Source: Takakia lepidozioides (Eukaryota > Plantae > Bryophyta). Taken from it: a DNA stretch of 64,000 nucleotides. The stretch spans positions 76,942,001 to 77,006,000 of the forward strand of contig CM060732.1 in the NCBI GenBank assembly GCA_030704615.1. The letters run 5' to 3'. The position numbers and the translations under genes were made by a program. The notes under the pieces are model-generated. The model searched no databases and had not been told where the DNA came from. It worked only from the letters and a program-made list of their open reading frames with translations. This document shows positions 47,030-60,340 of the stretch, piece by piece (position 1 is the stretch's first letter; each line of letters begins with the position of its first letter).

Positions 47030-48011
47030 TTCTGGAAAAATGGCGCCGAATTTCTCTTTTTGGGGCCGAAAACTGGCTAAGTCCCAACATGCACTGGTAC
47101 CGTGTCTGGAAAAATGGCGCTGAATTTCTCTTTTTTGGGCCGAAAACTCGCTAAGTCCCAACATGCACTGGTACAGTGTCTGGAAAAATGGCGCCGAATT
47201 TCCCTATTTTGCGCCGAAAACTTGCTAAGTCCGAACATGCACTGGAAAAATGGCGCCGAATTACCTGTCATGAGGGGACCTATAGCCGCGGAATTCGGCA
47301 CCATTTTTCGCCAGAGAGATCTATTACCGCGAAATACGTCGTCGTTTTTTCAGGTTACGGACCCTATTACCACGAAATTCGGCGCCATATTTGCAGATGT
47401 CGCTGGGAATTAGCATGAGCGAAAGACAAAATATCATGAGCACAACTGTCAAAACTACAATTTTCCCTTCAAGGGGCCGAATAATATATTTGTTTTTCCT
47501 GACACATTGCATTAAATTAATGTTTTTTATTGTTGTTTTTTTAATTGTTTTTTATTTTCGAAATTTGTACTTCTGCTCATGAAAACCGATTGTCTTACTA
47601 CTCCGCTCATGCCGCTCATGCCGCTCATGCTCATGAAATAGCTAACCTCCTTTATGGCGCACACTTTGTGAGGATATTTTTTCGTCCTCGTAATTGTAAA
47701 AGTGAAACAAGCATTTGTAATTGCACAATGTTGGATGCTGCAATTGTAGGCTCAACGCTCGTCTTGATTCTATTTAGGCAAGATTCCCTGCATTAATTCC
47801 ACGGTCATAGGACCATCCACGGTTATAGGCGGCGCATGTTAATGCTGACGTGGCAGATGATGGACAGTGTCACGTCATCATTTATCGCCACATCAGCATG
47901 CTGACATGACGCTCACGCCACGTCAGCGTGTGTGCAGGCTCACGCCACGTCACTCCTGCGTGAGCGTACGCTCGCGCGCTCACGCGCACCGCTCACGCCA
48001 TTGCGTCGTTG
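47030..48011. repeat. Right subterminal repeats and imperfect TIR
   Basis: ~75-bp units GGAAAAATGGCGCCGAATTT...GCTAAGTCCCAACATGCACTGG, then (CCGCTCATG)n, then GCCACGTCA/GCTCACG motifs. Confidence 0.7.
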
Positions 48012-51000
48012 GTAATTATGTACCTGTTCTGTGTATTCTTGGCTGGTGGGTTAATTGGTCCAACAAAGTCTAGTCCCCATTTCTGAAATGGTTCTGTAGG
48101 CATTGTAGGATGCAAAGCCATCTTCCCAGATCTCTGCAAAGGTCCTAGCCTCTGACATTCATCACAACTCTGACAATACTTGTGCACATCTTTGAACAAA
48201 GTAGGCCACCAGTAACCTGCAAGTAGTATCTTCCTACTGGTAGTCTCTTCTCCAAAATGACCTCCAGCCACTCCTTTATGAACATCCTCCAAGACTTTAT
48301 TTACTTCATGGTGGTACAAGCATCGTTTAAGCACTCCATCTGGTCCTAGCTTATACATTTTGCTCCCTACCATAGTGTAAGGTAGAGCCTTGATAGCAAT
48401 TCTTTTTCTCTGCTCCTTTCCATAACTTGGTGGGCACTGACCATGAGCAAAGTAGTATCTTATTGGCAATTGCCAATCTAACCAGTCATCTGCACTTCCC
48501 TGCACCTGCACTGCAAATAGACTCGCATCTGGTAATTGATCATCTACTCCCGTGGCTGGTTCTCTTGTTGATAACCGTGACAAGTGATCCGCCACAAGAT
48601 GCAGCCTCCCAGGCTTGTAAACAACCTCGAACTCAAACTCGTGCAAGATTATCAACCATCTTGCTATTCTTCCGCTTATCAGAGGTTTGCTTACCAGGTA
48701 TATCAGAGCCTGGTGATCCACATAGAACATAAACTTCTTGCCCAACAGGTAATGCCTGAATTTCTTCACTGCATAGATCATTGCCAATGCTTCTCTTTCC
48801 GTTGTGCTATAATTTCTTTCGGCATTGTTCATCAATCGGCTAGCATAGTACACAGGTGAATCTATCCTTCCTGTAACATTTTGGGCTAACACTGCTCCCA
48901 GTGCATCTCCTGAAGCATCACAGTGAACATGAAATATTTCCTGCCAGTGAGGATTAATCAGCACAGGTGTAGTTGTTACTGACAATGTAAGTTCCTCAAA
49001 AGCCTGTTGACATTCAGGTGTTCATGCAAACACTGCATCTTTCTTCAAAAGTTTGCTCAATGGTGCTGCTATCTGTGCATACCGTCTGACAAATCTTCTG
49101 TAATAGCTGGTTTGTCCCAGGAATCTCCTTAGACTCTTTGCATTTACTGGGGGTGGAGAGGCTTTAATGGCCTCTGTCTTTCTGGGATCCACAAGAAGTC
49201 CCTTCTTGCACACAATGTGTCCCAGAAGCACCCCTGAGTTCACACAGAAAGTACACTTCTCTGGATTCAGGCCCAGACCTCTCATCCTGCATCTGGCCAG
49301 ACATAACTCCAATTTATGCAAGTGCTCATTCTTAGAGCTGTACACACTGAAGTCATCCAAGAACACTTGCATGAAATCATCCAGATACTCATGAAAAGAT
49401 TCACTTATTACTCTCTGAAAGGTTGCTGGTGCATTACAAAGTCCAAAGGACATGACTTTGTATGCATAAGCACCCCAGTCTGTGATGAAAGCTGTCTTTC
49501 CTTGATCTTCTTCTGCCACTTGCACTTGATTATAACCACTGAAGCCATCCATGAATGAGTACATCTCATGGCCTGCCACAGTGTCCAATACTGCTTCTGT
49601 GAATGGCAAGGGGAATGGATCCTTCTTCGTGCAAGCATTCAACTTCTTATAGTTCACACAAACTCTTAGTTTACCATTCTTCTTGGGAACTATCACAATG
49701 GGTGACAACCAAGTTGTATACTCTATTGGGTATATAAACTTAGCCTAAGCCAACTTCTTGATCTCTTCTCCAATCTTCTATGCATAGTTGGGATTCATTC
49801 TGTACCTCGCCTGCTTGATTGGTACTGACCCTGGTTCCAGTTCAATCTTATGCTGACAGATTTCAGGTGGTATCCCTTTTAGATCCTCATAGCTCCAAGC
49901 AAATACATCTTTGTATTTGATGAACAAACTCTTAGCTTCTTCAAAGAATTCTGGCTCCAATTCAGCTCCTACCTTCACCATCCTCGGTTCCTCTTCAGTT
50001 CCCACATTCACTTCCCTCACCTGCTCATCAGCTGTGATTGTCCAACCAGTCACCATTTCATCCTGTAAACTCACAGTGGCTGGTTCCTCTAGGATTTCCA
50101 TTTCTCCTTCTCTTTCTTCATAGAAATGTGATGGGTAACTGCTGGTTTCCTCTTCAATTGGTGTTGCTGACACTACACCACAGCAGATACCTCTTAAACA
50201 ACTTAGGCTTTCCAGCCGTATCTCTGCAATCTGCTCCCACTCTGGGTGTGCAACGAACAGGGTAGCTTCCTGCTCCTCATCCAGTCCTCCTCTCCAGTCA
50301 TACTCTTTGACCCCTCGAGGTCTTCTCGTAGCAGGTAATCTACTAGATTTCTTTGTGGTAATTTGTATCTTGTGCATCCCATTATGCACGGTTAGTAACT
50401 GAGAATTCCAGTCATGGAATACCCTGGCCTGTTTCAGCCACGGACGTCCCAATAATAAGGAGTAAGCCTCCATGACTTCATCCATCTTCAACACAGTTAC
50501 TGTGATCATAAAGATCATCTTTTGTATCTGTATCTTAACTCCTCTTATCAATCCCAATGGCTGTACACTCCTTTGATCTGCCATTGTTACTGTAAATGGG
50601 GCTGGTTTCATGTTACTTAGACCAAGCTTCTTTCTTAATTGGTCTGTCATGATATTTACTCCAGAGCCTCCATCTATCAGTACATCAGTTAGTTCTGTGC
50701 TTCCAATTCTCAATTGGATTACTGGCATAGAATCATCAAAGTCCATGACTGTTTCTCGCCCTTCCGGCTTCACATTATAACTGGTCACCTTGCTGTTCAG
50801 GTCTGTGTTTCCTGTCTCCTGGGCAATTCGATTGATTGCTTGATACAGCCTGTGTCTACAATAAGGTGCCACAACCAATAGCTTTCCAATGGTAATCTCT
50901 GCTTTGGTCTGGCATATTACTTCAGCCAAAGTCCCTTCATTACTTTGCATGTCTGCATCTTCTTTCTTCCTTTCATCCTCACTCACTTCTTCTTCTCCAT

Positions 51001-53224
51001 CAGAATCAGAGGAATCTGCCACAGGAATATCAGTACTCTTCTGCAATTCCCTTATGGTATCTGTCACTTCCTTGTGCAGTTCCTTCTCATCTCTCCAAGC
51101 CTCATCATCTTCAAGCATATCACTGCCACCTTCATTATCATCATCTTCCTCAACTACTGGAGGTATTAGTTTGGCTTTGCTTCTTGTTACTATCATTGTA
51201 CTTACTTCTGGTACAACACATGGCCTAACCATGTGAGCTACCACCACTGGGCCCTCATTCACAGGAGCTCTCATCTCATTCTGGTGTCTAATCCAGAATG
51301 AACAGGCTGCCTTGCGATGTCCTGACTGATTACAATAATAACACAGTTCTTCACCATTGGGTCCTCGCCCTTGGTCTACTCTTGGATTATTTCTGTAATC
51401 CTGATTCCCGGGCTGGTAATTCCCCCTTGGATTACCCTGATAGTTGCCTCTGGAATTTCCTTGGTAATTCCCTCTTGAATTACCTCTCCCTTCCATGCCA
51501 TTGTTATAACCACCAGACCTACCATAGTGGTCCTGATCATTGTTTCTTCTTGGCTGGGGCTGCACCTGATGCACCCTTACTTGCCTAGGTTCTCTTGCAG
51601 CTGTCCTTCTGTTGTAGTAACAATTCTTAGTAGAATGGTTATCCATTTTACAGATAGTACAGTGTTTCTCCTTCATGTGGCATTCAGTGGTGGTATGACC
51701 TTCATTCTGGCACTTTGCACACCATACACCCTTCCTCCAATGTGTTGCAGCCTCTGTGGCATACTTCTTCATGATTTCTTCTAATCTTTTCTCATAGTTA
51801 TCCCTCTTCAACTTCTCCTTTCTCTTACTTTTCCTTTTTAGTTCTTGTTCTTCTTCTTCATCTGACTCATCCTCATAGTCCTCATCATCCCTTTTCTCTC
51901 TCCTGAGCATTCCCAATTGCTCAATTTTGTTTGCTGTTTCAAATGCCTCCTCCACTGTATTATGGGGTAACATATCCACTTTCTTCTGCAACTCTGGTCT
52001 TAGTCCACTCACAGACCAAGTCTTCTGTAAACCTGGTGCTGGTACAGCAACCAGCTTTTTCATCATCAATTCCATCTTTTCCATATACTCCTCAACAGTT
52101 TCATGCTTCTTTTGCTTTAACTGTTGTAAACTTCCATACACTTCATCCTCAGTTTTACTTGTCCTGAACCTATTTCGGAATGCTGTATTCAAGCCATTCC
52201 AGATTAGGAAATGATTATCAGGGAATCTTGCATACCATTCACTTGCTTTCTTGATAAGTGAACAAGGAAACAATCTCATCTTGGCATCTTCGCCATTCTC
52301 ATTGTTCACTATACACATGTGCTCAAATTGGCTTATGTGTACATCGGGATCCCCTTTTCCTGAATATATTGGAAAAGGTGGTTTTGCCCGTGTTGGTTGT
52401 AACGCCATCTGTGGCCCTACCTTTTGCCCACTGACAGGTGCTGGTCCTTGAGGACCTGTTCTAGTTAAGGTGGATCTTCCACCCAGTGGTGGCCCCTGAG
52501 CACTCCCTGCTACTGGCCCCACGATATTCACAGTATTCCCAGCTCCAGTTGCACTACTTCCCACACTCCCTGTCCCCCCAGAGCCAGATCCAGGCAGCCC
52601 GCCTGATCCCCCTGAGCCGACACCTTCATTGGCCTGTGATCCAAGTGCTCCACTTGATCCAGGTCCAACGGGTTGGGATGTCCTGGTTGTAGTCTCAACC
52701 TCAGCTGTTGGGTCTACTTCTTCATACTCTTCCTCTTCCAATTTCTTCTCTCTATTTTCATCCTCCAAGTTCTGCCCTTGGGTTTCTTCTTCACTCATGT
52801 AACTCAACTGCAATGGTGTTGGAGAGTCTGAACTCTCCGTTGGCTCTGCCACATCCTCTCCTCCTTCTTCACCTTCCGCTTCAGAAACCGGAGTTCCTAC
52901 TTTTGGTGTTCCATGCCAACTCTTATCAAAGATTTTTGTCAAATCTTTTATCCAGGGATGTACCTCAGATCTTTCACCTCATGATTGATCTTCTTCCCGT
53001 ACCAATTCCCTTAATCTTTCTTGCAAAAAAAAATAAAAATGAGTGGCATCCAACTCTAGTTCTTCCGGTATGGATGATGTACTCTCTGATCTTAATGGTG
53101 TGAGAGGTCCAGATGATTCCCCTATGTCTATTCCTCTCTCCCAAAGATATGGATAATTAGCTTGCAGATAGCTTTCTCTTTTTGCTGAATATCTCTGGAG
53201 TCTAGCTTCTCTTTCATCACTCAT
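48012..53224 (-). pseudogene. gag-pol: gag-pol of minus-strand X element (gag, protease, RT, RNase H, integrase N-terminus)
   Basis: The 1054-aa ORF 49778-52942 runs from gag through protease into RT in one frame; RT 49022-49708; RNase H and integrase 47993-48985. Confidence 0.95.
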
Positions 53225-53245
53225 GTCCCATGTCTTTCATTTCTT

Positions 53246-53941
53246 TTAATGTGGCAATAACCAAAACTCTCTTCTGTAATATCTCTCGTATATGCCTAAG
53301 TTTCTCTCAAGCTTCAATGTTCCTCTGGATATACTAGAAGTCTCCGTTACCATATACCCATATGGTAAACAAGTATGGAAAGTTGTTCTTGGTGTGAGTT
53401 TGATCCACAAAATATCCTTTGGAATCCAATTCTTTACCAGTACAAGCTCTTCATGCATATGAGTATAAACATTCACCTTCCTTTCCTCCCAGCCTTCAAA
53501 CTCTACTCGCTTAATGGATAGCAATGCTATCACATAATCCAGTGTTGGTAACCAACGTGCTCTTCCTCTACATGCCACCTGATAAATCTTTATCACTCCT
53601 TTCTCCAGACCCCACTCAGGGTCAGCATCATGCACTCTCTTAAGAATGTTTTCTTTACAACCGTTTGGCAATTCCAAGAACCTCTGAAAGAATCATTTCG
53701 ACAATCTTTCCTTTTCAGTTTCACAAGGAATTTGATTCACATCAAATTCTTTAATTCTCCAACCACCATGATCCCACCAGATGCCTGTCACATCTGGTTG
53801 TTCATGACCCAGTTCCCCAGTATGGTCGCCAAATGTCGCGCGGCTTTTACTCACCCATCCCTTCGCTATCCGAGGTGGGAACTCCAAGATAGAAGAGTTG
53901 GAAATCTCTAAGCACTCAGCCCGCTCAGAACAATCAGTCAT
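53246..53941 (-). pseudogene. Upstream extra ORF of minus X copy
   Basis: Homolog of 15385-16080 with one internal stop. Confidence 0.5.
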
Positions 53942-54364
53942 GACCTACATCTAGTGTATCATGGGGGTGTTTCCTATTTGTATTCCTTCCCGTATTCATG
54001 TTAGCTAGTTACCTTACTGTTGGTATTTAAGTATCAGATTGCTTCAACAATGTATCGGATTCCATCAACTCATCCATTCATTCCACAGCTTCCCTCAGAT
54101 CTCTCTACACAGTGTGAGTATGAAGTATGTATCAGATTAATATCTATCAAGTATCAGGTTGAAGCCATGGAGTCTCTAATCTGCTCTACATACAACTCTA
54201 CTGCTTGCATTTCATCAAGCATCAATAGATCGTTCTCCTCCTACTCCGTGCTCTCCCTCTTTCTACTCCGATATGCGCTCTCCGCTTCATTTCCAAGAAG
54301 TGATGCCAAAAGTCCTCCCAAAAGTAGTCCCTCGCAGTGATCCCCCCAGATGTCCCCGCTTCTC
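53834..54364 (-). repeat. 5' LTR remnant (3' half) of minus X element
   Basis: Ends GCGCGACA next to the PBS. LTR homology stops at 54364. Confidence 0.9.
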
Positions 54365-57300
54365 ACCATGGGGGCGGAGACCTCGTGGTGGGAGTCGTGG
54401 GGAGTCTTGGGACTCATCACGGTCCATAGGGGCCGTGGTGAGCGGGCCAAGACTCACCGCGACTCATCACCGGGAGTCGAGGGTTTTCGTGGTGGTTTGC
54501 CATAAAATGGCATGGCTGGTTGTGAAACCCCCGCGGACAGCTACAAAAGTATATATAAGGGGAGTAGTGACCCTGAGAACGGTGCAAGCCCGTTGGTGAC
54601 CAAAAACTAGTGAGTAAGCGAACGAGCCGGAAAGCGACCAAAGAGTGGGGAGCTGTTCCGGACTGCCATCTACCAAAGGGAATTCCACCAGGCCCAAATA
54701 GGTGGAGGGTTTAGTGGGAGAGCGAAGGGGGACCGTTATGTCCCGGTGAGCAGCCGAAGCTCCAAGTTGGCCCGGGGCCAGGTTGGGAGTCAGGCGCGTG
54801 CATCAAAGCGAGTAACTATGACTTGAAGGGGAGCTTACCGAAGTGAGGTGCGCGACACTTGGTATCAGAGCTTAGAGTTCAGTACGCGATCGTCCTTGGG
54901 ATTGGCCTCATCATGGGGTCGGGCAAACCAAAGCGAAAGCGGAACGGCCCAAAAGATGATGATCCTGGTGAGCCCGATGGGGGCGACGTGTCACCGAAGT
55001 GGCCATTTGAGGAAGCGATGCAGGTTTCTGAAGGCCGCTCAAAAGCGGGAGGAATCCGAGGAGTCGGAGCCCGAGGAATCCCTGAGAGCTCCGACAGACC
55101 AACAGATGCCTCCCATGCCGGCAGCTTTTTGGGAAGGGTTGTTGGCGCAGTTTGGCGGGACGTTGAAAGACGTGTTGAAGGCGGCTAATGCCACTTCCGC
55201 TAAGGCAAAGTTTAAGGTGAAGCCTAAGGAACCCGGCACCTTCGAGGGCGTCCAAAATTGGAAGGCACTCAACACCTGGCTCTTGGAGCTAGAGCAGTAC
55301 TTCCGGGCGGCCAAGTTGAGTGACGAGGATCGGGTGGAAGTGGCTCCCACCTATTTGAGGGGCTATGCTCAACAATGGTGGCAGAAACGCCTTCACGACC
55401 GAGGTCCAAGTCCGGAAACCTTGAACTGGAGTGGGTTCAAGGAATTGATGAAGCGATAGTTTGTGCCCCTCAACACGTCCTGGCTTGCCCGGGACAAGAT
55501 GAGGAATTTGAAGCAAACAGATGACATTCGGGGATATGTCCAGGCTTTCAATGTGCTGTTGCTCGAAGTCGCGGATATGGCGGAACCAGAAATGGTCTTC
55601 AACTTTGTGGCGGGGTTGGCCCCATGGGCCAGGCGGAAGTTGGAGGAGAAGCCACCTAAGACTTTGAACGAGGCAATTGAGAGGGCTGAATGTTTCTCAG
55701 ATGTCCCTAGGGGTGAAAGACAAGGCCATACGGAGCTGAACCACAAGAAGACCCGGCGGGAAGGTTACTCTTTCCGACCGGAAAAGAAGTGGGATAGGCC
55801 ACGCGGCGACAACGGCATGTGGAAATCGAAGGGAGGGCCATCACAAGTCAAGGCGGCACCCGGTGCTTCAAAAGGAAAAGCGGGTGGAGCGGCTTATGGC
55901 GGACAGAAGGCAACCTTTGATGGAGTGTGTTTCAATTGTGGGGAGCCCGGGCACATGGCCAAGAAGTGCACGAAACCCCGGCAATTGAACATGACTCGGG
56001 CGACCACAGAGCTGTCGGAAGATACCATCAGTCGCTTGGTGGAAGCGGTGGTCGCCAGGACTTGCAAAGTAGGCAAATATTCTTGTGAGTTGTATCAGGA
56101 AACTGGCACATTGCGTAAAGGGAGTCACTTATTGTTCGTGGATGGGATAATATCCGGAACTAACATGTCATTGTTGGTGGACACAGGAGCGTCGCACTCC
56201 TTCATGACACCGGCAACGGCACAAAAGCTGGGACTCCCGAGAACTGACGTAGGGGCCTCTATTGAGGTGCGTTCCGCAATTGGCGACGAGGTTGGCGTTC
56301 TATGTTCCTCTTCAACTGGGGAGTTGGGAGGGACGTGAGAACTTCACCATCGATGGAATGGATCTCATTTTGGGGATGACCTTTTTGAGCAAATCCGGAG
56401 CGGTCATAGATGGCCGCAAGAGGGTAGTCACGCTGCCATGTTGGAATGGTGGCGAGGTCTTACGAGTTTCGGAAACGCCCAAACCCGTGGGAGGGCGAAT
56501 AAACCTTCTGTCAGCAAGGGAGTGGGCCGTGGAGGTGGCACACGAGCCCCAGTTTTTGCTCTACATTAGAGAAGTGAAGGGAGAAGGCGATGGAGAGCCG
56601 AGCCCAGATTGGATCAAGGGGATTTTGGAGAAATACCATGATGTGATGCCGGAGGATTTGCCAAGTGGTTTGCCACCGCGAAGAGGAGTTGACCACAAGA
56701 TTGAGGTGATACCGGGATCGGAACCGCCTGCCAAGGCGCCCTACCGGTTGAGCCACAGAGAGTTGGTCGAGCTGAAGACTCAGCTCAAGGATCTAATGTC
56801 AAAGGGGTACATCCGGCCGAGTAAGTCACCCTACGGAGCCCCGGTGCTATTTGTAGACAAGAAGGATGGGACACTGCGGATGTGTGTCGATTACAGGGCT
56901 CTGAATAAGGTGACTATCAAAAACCGGTACGCTTTGCCAAGAATCGACGACCTTTTCGATCGGTTGGCAGGAGCGAAGTATTTCAGCCGGATCGATCTAC
57001 GCTCCGGCTATCATCAAATTCGAGTGGCAAAAGGAGATGAGGAGAAGACCGCGTGCAAGACAAGGTATGGTTCATATGAGTTCTTGGTGATGCCTTTTGG
57101 GCTCACCAATGCACCAGCGACATTTAGTACGCTGATGAACAGCCTTTTCCAGGAGTGGTTGGATGACTTTGTGATCGTGTACATCGACGACATCTTGGTG
57201 TATTCGAAAACAAAGAAGGAGCACCTGGAGCACCTCAAAAGGGTGTTCCAGAAATTGCGGGAAGGGAAGCTGTATGCCAAAGCTTCAAAGTGCGAATTCG

Positions 57301-60300
57301 GGGTCACAAAAGTGGAGTTCCTGGGGCATGTGATTACACAGGATGGGATCAGAATGGATGATAGGAAGGTGAGGGCCATCTTGGACTGGGAGCCTCCGAC
57401 TTCGGTCCCGGGAGTACGATCCTTCCTAGGACTTGCCTCCTATTACCGGAAGTATGTGAGAAATTTCGCCAAGATTGCGGGGCCGCTGTCAGACCTTCTG
57501 TGTAAATCTAAAGTCTGGGCATGGAACACCTTTTGTGGCCAAGCTTTTGCTGAATTGAAGTAGCGGATGGCGGAAGCTCCAGTCTTGAAATCCCGGAGTT
57601 CGATCGTCCGTTCGAGATACATACAGATGCGTCGGACTTCGCGATTGGGGGGGTACTGATGCAAGATGGACGTCCAATGGCTTACGAAAATAAGAAACTG
57701 AATGAAGTGGAGCGACGGTGGCCGACGCACGAGAAAGAGATGAAGGCGGTGGTGCACTGTCTTGAGCTTTGGCGCCACTATGTTGGTTCCAACCCAGTGA
57801 AGTGTCACGGTGAAGTATTTTGCCACGCAGCCCCAAGTTGTCCCCAAAACAACTTAGGTGGCAAGATACTTTGGCAGTGTTCGACGTGGATATCCAGTAC
57901 AAACCGGGATGAGACAATGTGGTGGCCGATGCTTTAAGTAGAAAGCAGCAGCTCTTGTTGGTGTACAAAGGCGAGACGGCGCTCCAAAGGAAGATCCGAA
58001 AGGCTTGCCGGAAGGATGAGCTGGCGAAGTCCGTGATGCAGGACTTGAGGATGGGGGTTAAATCGCAGTTCCACTTGCAAAATGGACTGCTCCGGTATAA
58101 GCAAAAGCGTATCTATGTGCCAAAGGGAGGGATCAGAGATAGCCTCTTGAGAGAATGCCATGATAGCCCGCTTGCGGGCCACGGCGGAGCCAAGCGCACT
58201 GCGGCACTCTTGAAGAAAAAATATTTCTGGCCCAAACTGAGGGAGGAGGCAGAGGAGTATGTCAAGACATGCACCACATGCCAACAAAACCGGAGCGAGT
58301 ACAAAAAGCAAGCGGGGCTGTTACAACCCTTGCCGATTCCAGAGGGGACTTGGGAAAGCGTCTCGATGGATTTCATGACTGCTATGCCGCTGTCAAAAGG
58401 ATTCGATGCAATCATGGTGGTGGTGGATAGGTTCAGTAAAATGGGCCATTTCATCCCCACCAAGGAGACGGCAACGGCGTAGGAGACAGGGCGACTTTAC
58501 TTCGCCCACATCTTAAAGCATCATGGAGTCCCGAAGGATATTGTCTCGGACCGCGATCCAAAGTTTACGAGTAAATTTTGGAGGGCACTCTGGAAGAAGA
58601 TGGGGACGAGGCTGAAGATGAGCACCGCCTTCCGACCTACAACCGACGGCCAAACAGAAAGAGTGAATTCCGTAGTGAAGCAGATCTTGCGGAATTACGT
58701 GTCGACAGACCAAACAGACTGGGTGGAACACTTAGACGCCGCAGAGTTCTGTAATAATAAAACAGAACACTCCGCAACGGGAGTTTCCCCTTTCGTATTG
58801 GTCTATGGAAAAGCACCTCTGGTGCCGACGAGTTGGGCCGCCCAGGACGTTGAGGAACCGGCAGTAGCGGCGGTACTGGAAGAACGCGAGCGTTTGTTGA
58901 AGCTCGCAAAGTACAACATTGCCAAAGCTAGGAAATGGTATGAAAGGCAGGCGAATCGGAAGCGGAGGGAAGTGAAGTTTGAGGCAGGCACGGAGGTCTG
59001 GTTGAACATCAAGAATTTCCGACTACCTCCGGAAGTGAGTTTGAAGTTCGTACCTCCGTATGCGGGACCCTTTCGCATTCGGAAGGTTATGAATGAGCAT
59101 GTGTATGAATTGGAGCTGCCGGCAAACAGCAAGGTGCACCCAGTATTCCATGTCTCTCTTTTGAAGCCTTACTTCAAAGATGAAGCGCGTCCGAATCGGC
59201 ATCAAGTGTTGCGTCCGCCACCTATGCTGTTGGATCATGAAAATGAACCTGAGTACGAGGTGGAGGCAATACTTAAGTTGAGGAGGTTCAAGAACCAAGA
59301 AACGGAGTATCTCGTCAAATGGAAGGGCTATCATCATGTGGAGGCATCTTGGGTGCGTGCCTCAGAAATGGGAAACGCATCCGAGGCAGTTGCAGCTTTC
59401 GAAGGGCGACCTCAAAAGCGGAAGAAGCGTTGATGGGGACATCAACCTTGGAGCATGGGGGAGGAAATGCATGCTTAGCCCGGCTTAGCTAGCTTAGGAA
59501 TCCGATTGCAAAAACTTGTATTGTACAAAACGTGCTATAAATGAAATGGCTTCCAAATGTTGTGCGTCCTTTTTTTTGGAATGGTGATGCATGGTATGGT
59601 TGGCTAGTGTGTAGAATGCATGCTAGCTTATAAAAGTGGGAAAGGTAAATTGGGTTAATCATGTGTTTGCGTAGTGCCGAAATCGGGTGACCCCATCCAA
59701 GGGACAAGGAAACTTGCGCCTTCTTTGGGAGTTCACGTGCTAGTGCGCACCTGGCGCGTGCGCATACTATAACTGCGCTACCGAGGGGGTTGCCTTGTAG
59801 TGCGGGCTAACGCGGAAGCTACGTGCTTCCGTTCACGTACTATAATCGTGTAGCCTCGGGACGAAGTCGTAGTGCGGCTTCGGCGTGTTCCCGTACCTCA
59901 GGCCAGCATTCCAAGGCGGACCCAATTGTAGTGATTGGGGCGCATGGTTGGTTCAAGGTTATCTTCCTAGTCAAAGAGGGTTCCAGGTGAACCCTTGCTC
60001 AAGGTGATGCCAAAAGCGGCATCATGAGCGATCGCAAGCAATGTTGTTGCAGTAAGGCGATTCGATCCTCGGGGAGGATCGTTCCTTGGCCTTGAAGTAG
60101 GCCAAGAAGAGTGCACTGGGAGGAGCTGGAGAGGCTCCACCCTTGGCCGGGACTTGGAGGAAGTCGGCCGAACTAGCTAGTGGACAGTAGAGTCAAGTGT
60201 GGGGTTTGGTTCTTTGCCATGGGACGCCATGGTGCGGAAACAAACTCCTTGATGTGGGACGCCACAACTTGGATGTTCGTTTCTACAAAATGGACAAGTC

Positions 60301-60340
60301 GATGAGGACATCGACTCCCTGTTGGTAGGGGGTTGCTATT
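54365..60340 (+). mobile_element. Chromoviral Ty3/Gypsy element (Galadriel/Tcn1-like), both LTRs apparently partial
   Basis: LTR end CGCGACA (54857), PBS TGGTATCAGAGC (54860-54871, tRNA-iMet), gag-pol with chromodomain, PPT GGGGGAGGAAA (59457-59467), then TG. The right boundary is approximate. Confidence 0.88.
54912..59433 (+). pseudogene. gag-pol: Chromovirus gag-pol with C-terminal chromodomain
   Basis: Gag PGTFEG...YLRGYAQQWW; CCHC CFNCGEPGHMAKKC; protease LVDTGASHSF; RT YIDD; integrase HHCC and GPF; chromodomain EYEVEAIL...YLVKWKGY...SWV. Several stops and frameshifts. Confidence 0.93.

Larger units (their letters stand above)
33013..48011. mobile_element. ~15 kb Mutator-like (MULE) DNA transposon with ParB-methyltransferase cargo and two transposase-derived regions
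   Basis: Splits the integrase at NRYIIT|ATDY. Flanking 9-mers are GTGGTTATG (33004-33012) and GTAATTATG (48012-48020). Both ends are imperfect inverted repeats rich in CGTGAGC/GCCACGTCA, and a MULE-type DDE + SWIM transposase lies inside. Confidence 0.85.
12940..54364 (-). mobile_element. Family-X Ty3/Gypsy element (host copy), interrupted by a second X copy, a Mutator-like element and a chromovirus
   Basis: 5' LTR remnant 53834-54364, PBS 53814-53831, ORF1, gag-pol 53224-48012 resuming at 33012, extra ORF 31580-28267 resuming at 14579-13975, PPT, and 3' LTR 12940-13936. Confidence 0.85.
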
